DNA of 62,979 bases from Spirochaetota bacterium (GTDB taxonomy: Bacteria; Spirochaetota; Spirochaetia; Treponematales; UBA12059): positions 1-62,979 of the forward strand of contig JAIFMD010000029.1 of NCBI GenBank assembly GCA_020048755.1, read 5' to 3'. A model generated the notes under the pieces. It did not search any database. It was not told where the DNA came from and saw only the letters and a list, made by a program, of their open reading frames with translations. Both the position numbers and the translations under genes were made by a program. The stretch's first letter is position 1; every line of letters begins with the position of its first letter. Shown piece after piece: positions 1 through 7,832 of this stretch.

Positions 1-1037
1 CCATCCTGTTCTATCAGGATGCGCCCGGCTCCAACCAGACCCAGCGCCTGGGGTTGTACTTTCCACGTGATTATCTGCCCCTGACGACGGATCTTTCCTC
101 CCGCGCAGCGGATGTAGACTCTGGCAGTCCGGACGAGTCTGGATACTCTGAAGAACCGCGTCCTCAGTGGCGGGACGCTCCGCTCGTGGCCCTCGTTGTC
201 TTTGCGCTGGTGATAGCCATATCCCTGCTGTTGTACCGCAAGCGCGTGCAGGCGCATGCCAAGCGCTCCGCAATCGTTGAAGGCATCGCGTGGGCAGGCG
301 ACGCCTGGACTCCACCAAAGCTGTTTGCCGGTACCTACCAGGTGCCAGGCAAGGTACCTGAAGACCTGCACCCCGTGGAGGCTGCGCTGCTCCTGGAACT
401 GGCCCTGCCGCGCATAGCGGCCATCATGGTGGACGGTCTGGCGGCCCAGGGGCTCGTGGCCGTGGAGCGCGAGGATCCGCTGCGGCTCAGGTTCCTTTCG
501 GAACGCAAGGCCAGCGACGATATCGAGGAGCGTTTCCTTGCAGCCTTCGACGCCGACGGCAACGTGCTTCCGGGCTTGCTGGCCGATTTCTTCGAGGAAT
601 CGATAAAGCGCCTGCAGGAGAAGATCTGGGACTGCGACCTCGAAGCAACCAAGGCTTTTTATAGAAAGAAGATCCTGGAGGCACAAGTCAAGGCCGAGGA
701 AGTTGATTCCTGGGATGAAACGAGACGCCTTGACTATTACCGCCACAACCACGCCTGGATGTACTGGCGCAGCTATGGCATCGTCTATGGTCGACCCTCG
801 TACATGGCCGGTATCAGGCTCCCCGAAGGTATGTCTGCCGGTTATGCTGATTTCATGCGCTCTGCAGTGTGCTATTCCGGCTGTTTTACGCCGGCCAATG
901 TCGGCACGGTTGACGCTTGCCATTCAGCCTGCCACAACGCATGCCATGACGCCTGCCATTCAGCCTGTCACAGCGCCTGCCACTCCGCGTGCCACAGCGC
1001 CTGCCATAGTGCCTGCGTCTCGGGGAGTTCGCATTGA
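1..1037 (+). CDS. Single-pass membrane protein with a C-terminal (A-C-H-x)9 CXXX-repeat tail. It is either 5'-partial or starts at TTG 54.
   Basis: The reading frame (codon phase from nt 3) is open to the window edge, and TTG at 54 is the first possible start. One hydrophobic helix 'APLVALVVFALVIAISLLLY' is followed by 'RKRVQAHAKR' (positive-inside), so the C-terminal ~240 aa should be cytoplasmic. The tail reads 'ACHSACHNACHDACHSACHSACHSACHSACHSACVSGSSH*'. The stop overlaps the next gene's TTG (TTGA at 1034-1037). Confidence 0.7.
   Translation, partial: ILFYQDAPGSNQTQRLGLYFPRDYLPLTTDLSSRAADVDSGSPDESGYSEEPRPQWRDAPLVALVVFALVIAISLLLYRKRVQAHAKRSAIVEGIAWAGDAWTPPKLFAGTYQVPGKVPEDLHPVEAALLLELALPRIAAIMVDGLAAQGLVAVEREDPLRLRFLSERKASDDIEERFLAAFDADGNVLPGLLADFFEESIKRLQEKIWDCDLEATKAFYRKKILEAQVKAEEVDSWDETRRLDYYRHNHAWMYWRSYGIVYGRPSYMAGIRLPEGMSAGYADFMRSAVCYSGCFTPANVGTVDACHSACHNACHDACHSACHSACHSACHSACHSACVSGSSH
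915..1022 (+). repeat. Nine in-frame 12-bp tandem repeats (gcYtgYcaYnnn) encoding (Ala-Cys-His-x)9
   Basis: Read directly from the sequence: gcttgccattca / gcctgccacaac / gcatgccatgac / gcctgccattca / gcctgtcacagc / gcctgccactcc / gcgtgccacagc / gcctgccatagt / gcctgcgtctcg. Confidence 0.95.
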
Positions 1038-2362
1038 CGAGTACCCTGGAACGCCTGGAGTGGGTGTACGGTTTCTGGAAGAGCCTCTCGCCGTATGCCT
1101 ATGCGCGGGTGGAAGACGAGGTGGTCATCCTGCCGCCCAACCTGGTGTTCAAGACAAACCGCACCGGCGCACAGTTGCTCGACCACATCGGCTCGGGCGG
1201 CCGCCTCGAGGGCATACCCGGCTTCTCCGACGAGCGCGCTGCCGAGGTGGAGGCGTTCTTCCTGTCGCTCAAGGCCGCTTACGAGGGGCGGCCTGATCTG
1301 GAACGGGTGCCGTACGGGTTCGACTTTACGAAGCTGCCCGTACTCGGCGAGATAGCCATAACCTACCGTTGCAACAACCTGTGCCGCTTCTGCTACGCGG
1401 GCTGTGGCGACGCCTCCGGCCTCGCGCTGGCGCAATCCTCCGGCGCGTCGGAACTGGACACCGCCGGCTGGAAGCGCATCATAGACATCTTCAGGGACGA
1501 GGCAAAAATTCCGTTCTTCTCGTTCACCGGCGGTGAGCCATTGGTCCGCCCCGATGTGGAGGACCTTGCTGCCTATGCCGTCTCGCGCGGGCTCCGGGTA
1601 AACCTGGTGACGAACGGCAGGCTCGCCACTCCGGAGCGCGCCGCCAGCCTGTTTGCGTCTGGCCTGCACACCGCCCAGGTCAGCCTGGAGGCTCCAGGTG
1701 CGGCCCTGCACGACGAGCTCTGCGGTGCGGCTGGCGCCTTTGACGAAACCGTGGCTGGCATAAGGGCGATGCTAGCAGCCGGCATTTCGGTGCAGACAAA
1801 CTCCACGCTTACCCGCGCCAACCGCGAAGCCCTGCTGGAATTGCCAGCTTTCGTGGCTTCTCTTGGCGTCAGGCGCATGTCAATGAACCTGTTCCTGCCT
1901 ACCGGCTCGGGCAGGGCCGCCTCTGACTTGTTCTTTCCGTATGCCGAGACAGGCGCCTTTGTGGACGAGGTTCGCAGGCGGGCCCTTGAGGCCGGCGTCG
2001 ACTTCTACTGGTACTCGCCGGTTCCGATGTGCCTCTATAACCCGATAGCCCGAGGGCTGGGTAACAAAAGCTGCGCAGCCTGCGACGGGCTGCTTTCAGT
2101 TTCGCCGTCGGGTGACGTGTTGCCCTGTTCTTCCTGGCCGGAGCCGGTAGGCAACCTGCTGGCCGACGGGTTCAAGGCGGTGTGGTTCTCCGATGCCGCC
2201 GCCTGGTTCAAGGAAAAGAAGTTTGCCCCCGAATCGTGCAGGACCTGCTCTTCATTCACGGCCTGCCAGTCGGCTTGCCCGCTGTACTGGCGCTATGCCG
2301 GCTATTCAGAGATACAGAATTGCAAGGAGGCTCGACGATGGAACATCGTTTCAAGTACCTGA
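1034..2362 (+). CDS. Radical SAM/SPASM-domain peptide or protein maturase with an N-terminal PqqD-like (RRE) domain
   Basis: CxxxCxxC 'CNNLCRFC' lies at nt 1370-1393 (aa 113-120). The ~95 aa before it ('VVILPPNLVFKTNRTGAQLLDHI...') resemble a PqqD/RRE fold. The C-terminal SPASM cysteines are 'CAACDGLLSVSPSGDVLPC' and 'CRTCSSFTACQSAC' (Cx2Cx5Cx3C). Confidence 0.85.
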   Translation: MTSTLERLEWVYGFWKSLSPYAYARVEDEVVILPPNLVFKTNRTGAQLLDHIGSGGRLEGIPGFSDERAAEVEAFFLSLKAAYEGRPDLERVPYGFDFTKLPVLGEIAITYRCNNLCRFCYAGCGDASGLALAQSSGASELDTAGWKRIIDIFRDEAKIPFFSFTGGEPLVRPDVEDLAAYAVSRGLRVNLVTNGRLATPERAASLFASGLHTAQVSLEAPGAALHDELCGAAGAFDETVAGIRAMLAAGISVQTNSTLTRANREALLELPAFVASLGVRRMSMNLFLPTGSGRAASDLFFPYAETGAFVDEVRRRALEAGVDFYWYSPVPMCLYNPIARGLGNKSCAACDGLLSVSPSGDVLPCSSWPEPVGNLLADGFKAVWFSDAAAWFKEKKFAPESCRTCSSFTACQSACPLYWRYAGYSEIQNCKEARRWNIVSST

Positions 2363-3225
2363 AACTCGGCCTGCGCTCAAGGCTGGTCGCCGCTGCCGCC
2401 CTCTACGCGGGGGCCGTAGCCTTGCAGGTAGCACTTGGTTCCTCTTTCGCGGGCCTTTTCCCCGTTTTCGTGGCGTGGTTCCTCCTCGCGCTCAAGCCGG
2501 CCACCAACAAGCCCAAAGACAAGGGCCTGGAAGAGTGGCGGGCCGTCTCCGACGGCGAGGTTGCCCGCATCGCCGACAACCTTTCACGGTCAAAGAAGCT
2601 GCGTGCTTCCATAGCCGGGCCTGCCGTGCTCAAGGTGCTGCTGCTGGCCGGCCTGCTGTTCGCGTCGCTCGTTGTTTCATTTGATTCGCCCCGTGCCGGT
2701 CTTGTCCTCTTTGACCTGGGGCTGTTCTGCCTGCCGGGCCTGTTTTTCGGCAGCGTCAGAACCCATGTGCCGTTTGAATTCGACCTCAAGCTGGCCAGGT
2801 TCGTGGCCGCGATGAACGTGGCCCGGCCAGAAGGCTTCGTGCTTACTCCGTATCTTCGCTTTGACAAGGACGACCAGGGCCGCGACGTACCGGAGGACCT
2901 CCGCCTGATGCTCGAGCCCCGCCGCAAACCGGAGGATCTGGTCGGCATACAGTTCCAGGCGTCAATAAACAAGGGCGCCAACGGCAATGTGCCGTACATG
3001 TACGCCGTCGTCCTGACCAAGGGCCGCAACGGCCCGGCCTACACCCGCTTCAGGACGATGAGCGCCCGTGGCTTTGAGGTGGAGGCTGGTGGCGACGACA
3101 ACTATGGCACCGTGGTGGTGCGCCAGGATACCGGCAACGGCGGTTACCACACCACCGACGATGACTGCGAGCAGCTGATGGGCCTGATGCTCAAGGCGCT
3201 GCAGAAAGTCGAGGCTACGGCCTGA
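2338..3225 (+). CDS. Polytopic membrane protein of unknown function, third gene of the radical-SAM module
   Basis: ATG 2338 is preceded by 'aggagg' (2325-2330) and overlaps the radical-SAM gene end by 25 nt. About 4 hydrophobic segments ('LVAAAALYAGAVALQVAL', 'LFPVFVAWFLLAL', 'VLKVLLLAGLLFASLVV', 'LVLFDLGLFCLPGLFFG') are followed by a ~170-aa soluble domain. I recognise no motif. Confidence 0.6.
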   Translation: MEHRFKYLKLGLRSRLVAAAALYAGAVALQVALGSSFAGLFPVFVAWFLLALKPATNKPKDKGLEEWRAVSDGEVARIADNLSRSKKLRASIAGPAVLKVLLLAGLLFASLVVSFDSPRAGLVLFDLGLFCLPGLFFGSVRTHVPFEFDLKLARFVAAMNVARPEGFVLTPYLRFDKDDQGRDVPEDLRLMLEPRRKPEDLVGIQFQASINKGANGNVPYMYAVVLTKGRNGPAYTRFRTMSARGFEVEAGGDDNYGTVVVRQDTGNGGYHTTDDDCEQLMGLMLKALQKVEATA

Positions 3226-3237
3226 GTCAGAGGCGTT

Positions 3238-3900
3238 TCAGTAATCTGCGGGCTCTATACCCAGATATGCAAGGTAAGCCCGGGTAAGTTCCGTTATGAG
3301 CTGTCCGGTATCGCAGGCCTGGCCGGTGCGAAGAGGTTCCCACAACAGGAATTCGCGCATTGCAAAGAACATCTGCTGAAAGCCGAACAGGACAGCACGC
3401 CTGGGATGCTGGTGCCGAATCAAGTGCTCATGTACCAGCAGGAACTTCTCCAGTGCCGGGTAAAGCTCATCCCAGGCCCTGCGTTCACGTTCCTTGAAGC
3501 GATCATCCCCATGGATGCGGGCCTTCATGTTGAGGGATCTCAGGAGCCCGTGATCCCTGCCGTAAATATCAACCATAAAACCAATCGCATCCCTTGCGAT
3601 ATAGGCAATAGTCCCGTGTTCCCAGTCTTTCGATGCGATCCTCTCACTCAGCCGCTTCTTGAAACCTGCAAGAAAACGTTCGTCAAGCGCGTGGAGCAGG
3701 GCATCCTTGTCGGCAAAGCGCCCATAGAAGGCCCCAACGGATGTATCAGCCTTGATGACTATCTCGGCAATAGTCAGTTCCTCAAAGTTCTTGTATTCTA
3801 GTATCTCTGTAGCAGAGTCAAGAATCCGCGTCAGGGTTTCCCTGCTTCGATCCTGCTGAGGCTGCCTGAAAGATTCAGTAATCGCACTATTGTTGAACAT
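3238..3900 (-). CDS. TetR/AcrR-family transcriptional regulator
   Basis: N-terminal HTH signature 'RETLTRILDSATEILEYKNFEELTIAEIVIKADTSVGAFYGRFADKDALL'. The ~220-aa size is typical of the family. Confidence 0.85.
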   Translation of the reverse strand: MFNNSAITESFRQPQQDRSRETLTRILDSATEILEYKNFEELTIAEIVIKADTSVGAFYGRFADKDALLHALDERFLAGFKKRLSERIASKDWEHGTIAYIARDAIGFMVDIYGRDHGLLRSLNMKARIHGDDRFKERERRAWDELYPALEKFLLVHEHLIRHQHPRRAVLFGFQQMFFAMREFLLWEPLRTGQACDTGQLITELTRAYLAYLGIEPADY

Positions 3901-3973
3901 GTATCCACCCTGTGCTAAAATAGAATGTCTGTTCTATATTTATATTGTATGGTACCAGAGATACGCAATATCA

Positions 3974-6151
3974 ATGCGCCGGGGGAAACAGTTGACTCTG
4001 AAAATATTGAAACATCCCATGATTGGCTGTCGTGCTCCTAGCGTCCCACGGGTTTCAAGCGCATTGTTTTTTTCATTCTGTGCTGCAATGTTCCTGCCGT
4101 CTACGGTATGCGCGGATGATTTAGCGATCAGTGTGTATGGAAACGCCATGATACCCCTCGCGGCTTCCGCACCCTTTTTCAATGCGGGGGTCATGACCGA
4201 GGCTGGAGCTTCGTACACCTTGGCCAATGGTTTTGGAGCTGAAATCGATGCCGTCTATTCCCGATCACCACTGGAATCAGGCCCGACCCTTGCCCTGATC
4301 GGGGCCTCGCTCGGTGGTCGCTATGTACGGTCCCTGGGAACAGCATTTTCCTTGGGAGCAACAGCCGGTATCGGCGTATACACATCCAGCATAGATGGTG
4401 CGTTGCCCGGATCGATCCTGGAGGATGCTGGTGGTTTGGGCATGTCAGCGGATGCCGGGCTGTTTTTTGCCTTCAGGGTTGTTCCTGCCTTTGAACTCTC
4501 CGTAGAAGCACGGTACCTGAAGTTGTTCAACCTCTATGACGGCCTTACCGCAGGGCTTCGTGTTTCCTACGTTATCGATGCCACAAAATCCACCAGGCCA
4601 CGCGTTGAAAAAACCGTGCGCTCTGGTCTGGAGGAAGCCACGGGAGTGACCCTGGCCAGGGTGGAGCTGGAGTCTATTTTTCCTGTATTCTACTCATATT
4701 ACAACGGTAATCACTTTGGCGAACTGACCCTGCATAATAATGAAAAGAAACCGGTATCAAACCTGCGGGTGTCATATTTCATGCAGCGCTACATGGACTC
4801 TCCAGCCATACTGCTCGACGGCGCGCAGCTTGGAGCCGGCCAGGATACGACTATCCCGGTAACGGGCCTGTTCAACGATTCGATACTCAACATAACAGAA
4901 GGCACGCTGGTCGTTACCGAGTTTACGCTCTCGTACACGCTTGACGGCAAGCCGCATTCCACGACCATTGCCAAGCCGCTCAGGATACTTGACCGCAATT
5001 CCATGAGCTGGTTCGATGACCGCTGTGCCGCAGCCTACGTTACCGCGAAAGACCCGGCCGTACTTAATTTCTCCAAGAATGTAGTCGGGGCGGTTGCGGG
5101 CCGCGACGCGTTTACCCTTGACCGCGGCTTGCAGGCCGCTGTAGCCATCCACGCGTCACTTGAACTGTACGGCATGAATTACCTTGTGGACCCCAAGTCA
5201 TCCTATGCGGCCATATCGGGCAGCAAGGGCGCTATAGATTTCCTGCAATTCCCTCGGCAGACGCTCGAGTACCGTTCCGGTGATTGTGACGACCTTTCAA
5301 TCCTCTATGCTGCCTTGCTGGAGGCTGCTGGCGTGGAGACGGCCTTTATTACCACACCGGGCCACATCTTCATCGCCATTGCCATGGACGGCGACGAGGC
5401 AACGATCAGGCGGCTGTTCAGCAGTGCGGCTGACTTCATCTACTCCAACGGAAAGGCCTGGCTGCCGCTTGAGATAACGGAACGGCACGGGGGCTTCCTG
5501 AAAGCCTGGAAACTCGGTGCCAGCGGATGGCGTGAGAATCTGGCTGCCGGAGAGGCCAGGCTGCATCCCGTCAGGGAAGCCTGGACCGTGTTCGAACCAG
5601 TAGCCATGCCAGGCAGCTCGTCCACCGTCGTTCCCCCGAGAGGCGCAGCCTTGGATACCCGCTACGACGAGACCATGAAGGCCATCGTCGAGCGTGAACT
5701 CGCTCCGCAAGAGTCGCGCCTCAAGCTGGAAATCGAGAAGTCACAAGGCTCGGTCAAGCTCCGCAATTCGCTCGGCATCCTGTATACCAGATATGGCCTC
5801 TATGCCAGGGCCGGTGAACAATTCCTTGCCATCCTCAAGGAGAAAAAATACCTGCCGGCCCTGATAAACATGGGCAACGTGGAATTCGTTGGCCGTGACT
5901 ATGCGGCAGCCCGGGCTTACTTTGCCGAGGCGTACGGCTTGCATGAAAGCAATACCGGTGCCCTCGTGGGCCTGCTCCTGACCAGCTATGAACTCGGCGA
6001 CCAGGCTGGAGTCGCCCGGTATTTCCAGGAAATAAAGAAACTCGACGCGGCCCTGTCAGAGCGCTTTGCCTATGCGCTCCGGGCGGGATCCGGCGAGGGT
6101 AGAGCTTCGGCAACGACCGACACAAGGGAGACAGTGCTATGGACAGAATGA
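3974..6151 (+). CDS. Secreted multidomain protein: beta-barrel-like N-terminal region, transglutaminase-like cysteine-protease core and C-terminal TPR repeats
   Basis: Signal-like 'ALFFSFCAAMFLPSTVCA'. The N-terminal region has alternating-pattern strands. The transglutaminase core reads 'SGDCDDLSILYAALLEAAGVETAFITTPGHIFIAI'. TPR-like 'LGILYTRYGLYARAGEQFLAILKEKKYLPALINMGNVEFVGRDYAAARAYFAEAY'. The start is uncertain (ATG 3974 or 4019); the 3890 start would overlap the TetR gene. Confidence 0.65.
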   Translation: MRRGKQLTLKILKHPMIGCRAPSVPRVSSALFFSFCAAMFLPSTVCADDLAISVYGNAMIPLAASAPFFNAGVMTEAGASYTLANGFGAEIDAVYSRSPLESGPTLALIGASLGGRYVRSLGTAFSLGATAGIGVYTSSIDGALPGSILEDAGGLGMSADAGLFFAFRVVPAFELSVEARYLKLFNLYDGLTAGLRVSYVIDATKSTRPRVEKTVRSGLEEATGVTLARVELESIFPVFYSYYNGNHFGELTLHNNEKKPVSNLRVSYFMQRYMDSPAILLDGAQLGAGQDTTIPVTGLFNDSILNITEGTLVVTEFTLSYTLDGKPHSTTIAKPLRILDRNSMSWFDDRCAAAYVTAKDPAVLNFSKNVVGAVAGRDAFTLDRGLQAAVAIHASLELYGMNYLVDPKSSYAAISGSKGAIDFLQFPRQTLEYRSGDCDDLSILYAALLEAAGVETAFITTPGHIFIAIAMDGDEATIRRLFSSAADFIYSNGKAWLPLEITERHGGFLKAWKLGASGWRENLAAGEARLHPVREAWTVFEPVAMPGSSSTVVPPRGAALDTRYDETMKAIVERELAPQESRLKLEIEKSQGSVKLRNSLGILYTRYGLYARAGEQFLAILKEKKYLPALINMGNVEFVGRDYAAARAYFAEAYGLHESNTGALVGLLLTSYELGDQAGVARYFQEIKKLDAALSERFAYALRAGSGEGRASATTDTRETVLWTE

Positions 6152-7101
6152 TTTTTAGGAAGCAACCAGCCTGTGCTGTTGCCCTCATCGTTGCGGCCGC
6201 ATTTCTGTTCTCTGGATGCGACGACGGACTGCTCGACGACATACAGAGCGAGACCAGACCGGCCGCCGAGACCAGACCGGCCGCACCGGGAGCTTTGACG
6301 GTGACTCCGGGTGATACTACGCTTTCAGTATCCTGGGTCGCAGTGAGTGGAGCTGCAAGTTATGATGTGTACACAAATATCAATACGAATGACAGTGGCA
6401 CTGCGTCTTTGTACAGCACTGTAACTGACAAAACAGTATTAATTGCAGGACTCAACAATGGTGATACGTGTTATGTCTGGATCAAGGCTAAAAACAGTTC
6501 TGGATCGAGTGGGTTTAGTACTGTAGGCTATGCGCGCGTGAATTCGCCATTTACAAGCCAGAACCTTGAATCTACTGCTACTTCGATGGTTGGTAGTAGC
6601 TATACCGATTCTTATAATGCCGGTGTTGGTCAAAGTATAACTCTCCCCATAGCCTATGTACCAACTTCGTACTCTGTATATGTACATTCGGCTAATTATT
6701 TTAAGAAGATCATTTCTGGGAGTTCCAATGCAGCAGCGGTTGATCTGCAGCTGGCTATCTGGCATCAGAACGATAAAGAACTGCTTGCGACAGCTACTGC
6801 CCACGTCAACGCTAGGACAGCCAGTGGCGAAGAAGAAGTCATTTTCAACATAGCCGGGTGCCCAGCGATTACTATCAATACACCAATTCTATTTGCCGTG
6901 TATCTACCTGGTTCATTGGCGTCTGATATTAGGGGTGAACTGCTGTGCTACCAGTCGGGTACTGAACAATACAGCGAAGGAATTTATTGGAAATCAAACC
7001 AAGCTATTGATACAAATATAACAGAATTTGATACTAAATGGGCGGTCGGTGTAACTGCGACATGGGATCTTAAATTCAAACTAGTTGGTGTCGAGCAGTG
7101 A
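6139..7101 (+). CDS. Lipoprotein with a fibronectin type III-like domain; its gene body is low in GC
   Basis: Lipobox 'AAAFLFSGC'. The linker carries a duplicated 'ETRPAA'. The FN3-like stretch reads 'PGALTVTPGDTTLSVSWVAVSGAASYDVY...CYVWIKAKNSSGSSGFS'. 'gggaga' lies 7 nt upstream of the ATG. The gene overlaps the preceding one by 13 nt. Confidence 0.65.
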   Translation: MDRMIFRKQPACAVALIVAAAFLFSGCDDGLLDDIQSETRPAAETRPAAPGALTVTPGDTTLSVSWVAVSGAASYDVYTNINTNDSGTASLYSTVTDKTVLIAGLNNGDTCYVWIKAKNSSGSSGFSTVGYARVNSPFTSQNLESTATSMVGSSYTDSYNAGVGQSITLPIAYVPTSYSVYVHSANYFKKIISGSSNAAAVDLQLAIWHQNDKELLATATAHVNARTASGEEEVIFNIAGCPAITINTPILFAVYLPGSLASDIRGELLCYQSGTEQYSEGIYWKSNQAIDTNITEFDTKWAVGVTATWDLKFKLVGVEQ

Positions 7102-7126
7102 TCTAATTTCGTGACGATACATTTGG

Positions 7127-7160
7127 AATCCCGGCCAGCCCTGATAGTCTGGCCTGGATT
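7127..7160 (+). terminator. Stem-loop downstream of the lipoprotein gene (weak terminator candidate)
   Basis: 'aatcccggccag' (7127-7138) pairs with 'ctggcctggatt' (7149-7160) with 11/12 complementarity and a 10-nt loop. There is no clear T-run. Confidence 0.3.
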
Positions 7161-7241
7161 TCAATAATCGCATCGCATCCATAGAATAATTTTCCATTAG
7201 TCTACAAAATCGAGATCTTCGCAGAAACGTGCGGTCGAACG

Positions 7242-7829
7242 ATGAAGGTTGCCAGTATGAAAACCAGCAGGTTACACATGAAATTGTTCAGCCTTCTTTT
7301 GCTTCTCTTCTGCGTCCCCGAGGAGGCCTTCGTGAGTCAGGTGCATTACCAGGGCATTCCTCATGATTGGGAGCATAGTCTGGAACACGCCCCGGTTATA
7401 GTTGTGGCCCGCCGGAAGGGGGGGCCAAAAATATACAAAGAATGGATATTCCCCCGTGAGGCTCACTACACCAGAAGTGAAGAGACTATAGCACGTGAGT
7501 GGGTTCAGGCGTATGAAATACTGGAGGTCGTCAGGTCAGCTTCGGGGCGGCCAATGGTCCTGGGGCAGGAAATCCTTGTCTGGCAGCAACCGGAGTATGG
7601 CAGGGAAGAACTGGAATACTATCACCGTACTGGTATCATCCATTCACCCATGATACTGGTCAAAGAGGCGGCGGCTGAAATCCGTGACGGGCGGGTACTG
7701 TTGTTCCTGCAACCCCACGAGGAACTCTGGCGGTTCTACAATGACGCTCCGGAAGAGGGTGAATCACTTCTAAAGCAGCGTACCACAACAGGCTTTTTAG
7801 AGAGTGACCATGTGCCAGGAACGCAATAG
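7242..7829 (+). CDS. Hypothetical secreted protein
   Basis: ORF with an N-terminal hydrophobic segment 'LFSLLLLLFCVPEEAF'. No motif recognised. The start is ambiguous (7242, 7257 or 7278). Confidence 0.45.
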   Translation: MKVASMKTSRLHMKLFSLLLLLFCVPEEAFVSQVHYQGIPHDWEHSLEHAPVIVVARRKGGPKIYKEWIFPREAHYTRSEETIAREWVQAYEILEVVRSASGRPMVLGQEILVWQQPEYGREELEYYHRTGIIHSPMILVKEAAAEIRDGRVLLFLQPHEELWRFYNDAPEEGESLLKQRTTTGFLESDHVPGTQ

Positions 7830-7832
7830 CTC

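Noticed and set aside
703-1296. An alternative-frame ORF reading through the 12-bp repeat as 'AIQPATTHAMTPAIQP...'.
   Set aside because: It is out of frame with the TM-containing upstream ORF and runs across the start of the radical SAM gene. Only the ACHx frame is contiguous with a plausible protein and ends in a coupled TTGA junction.
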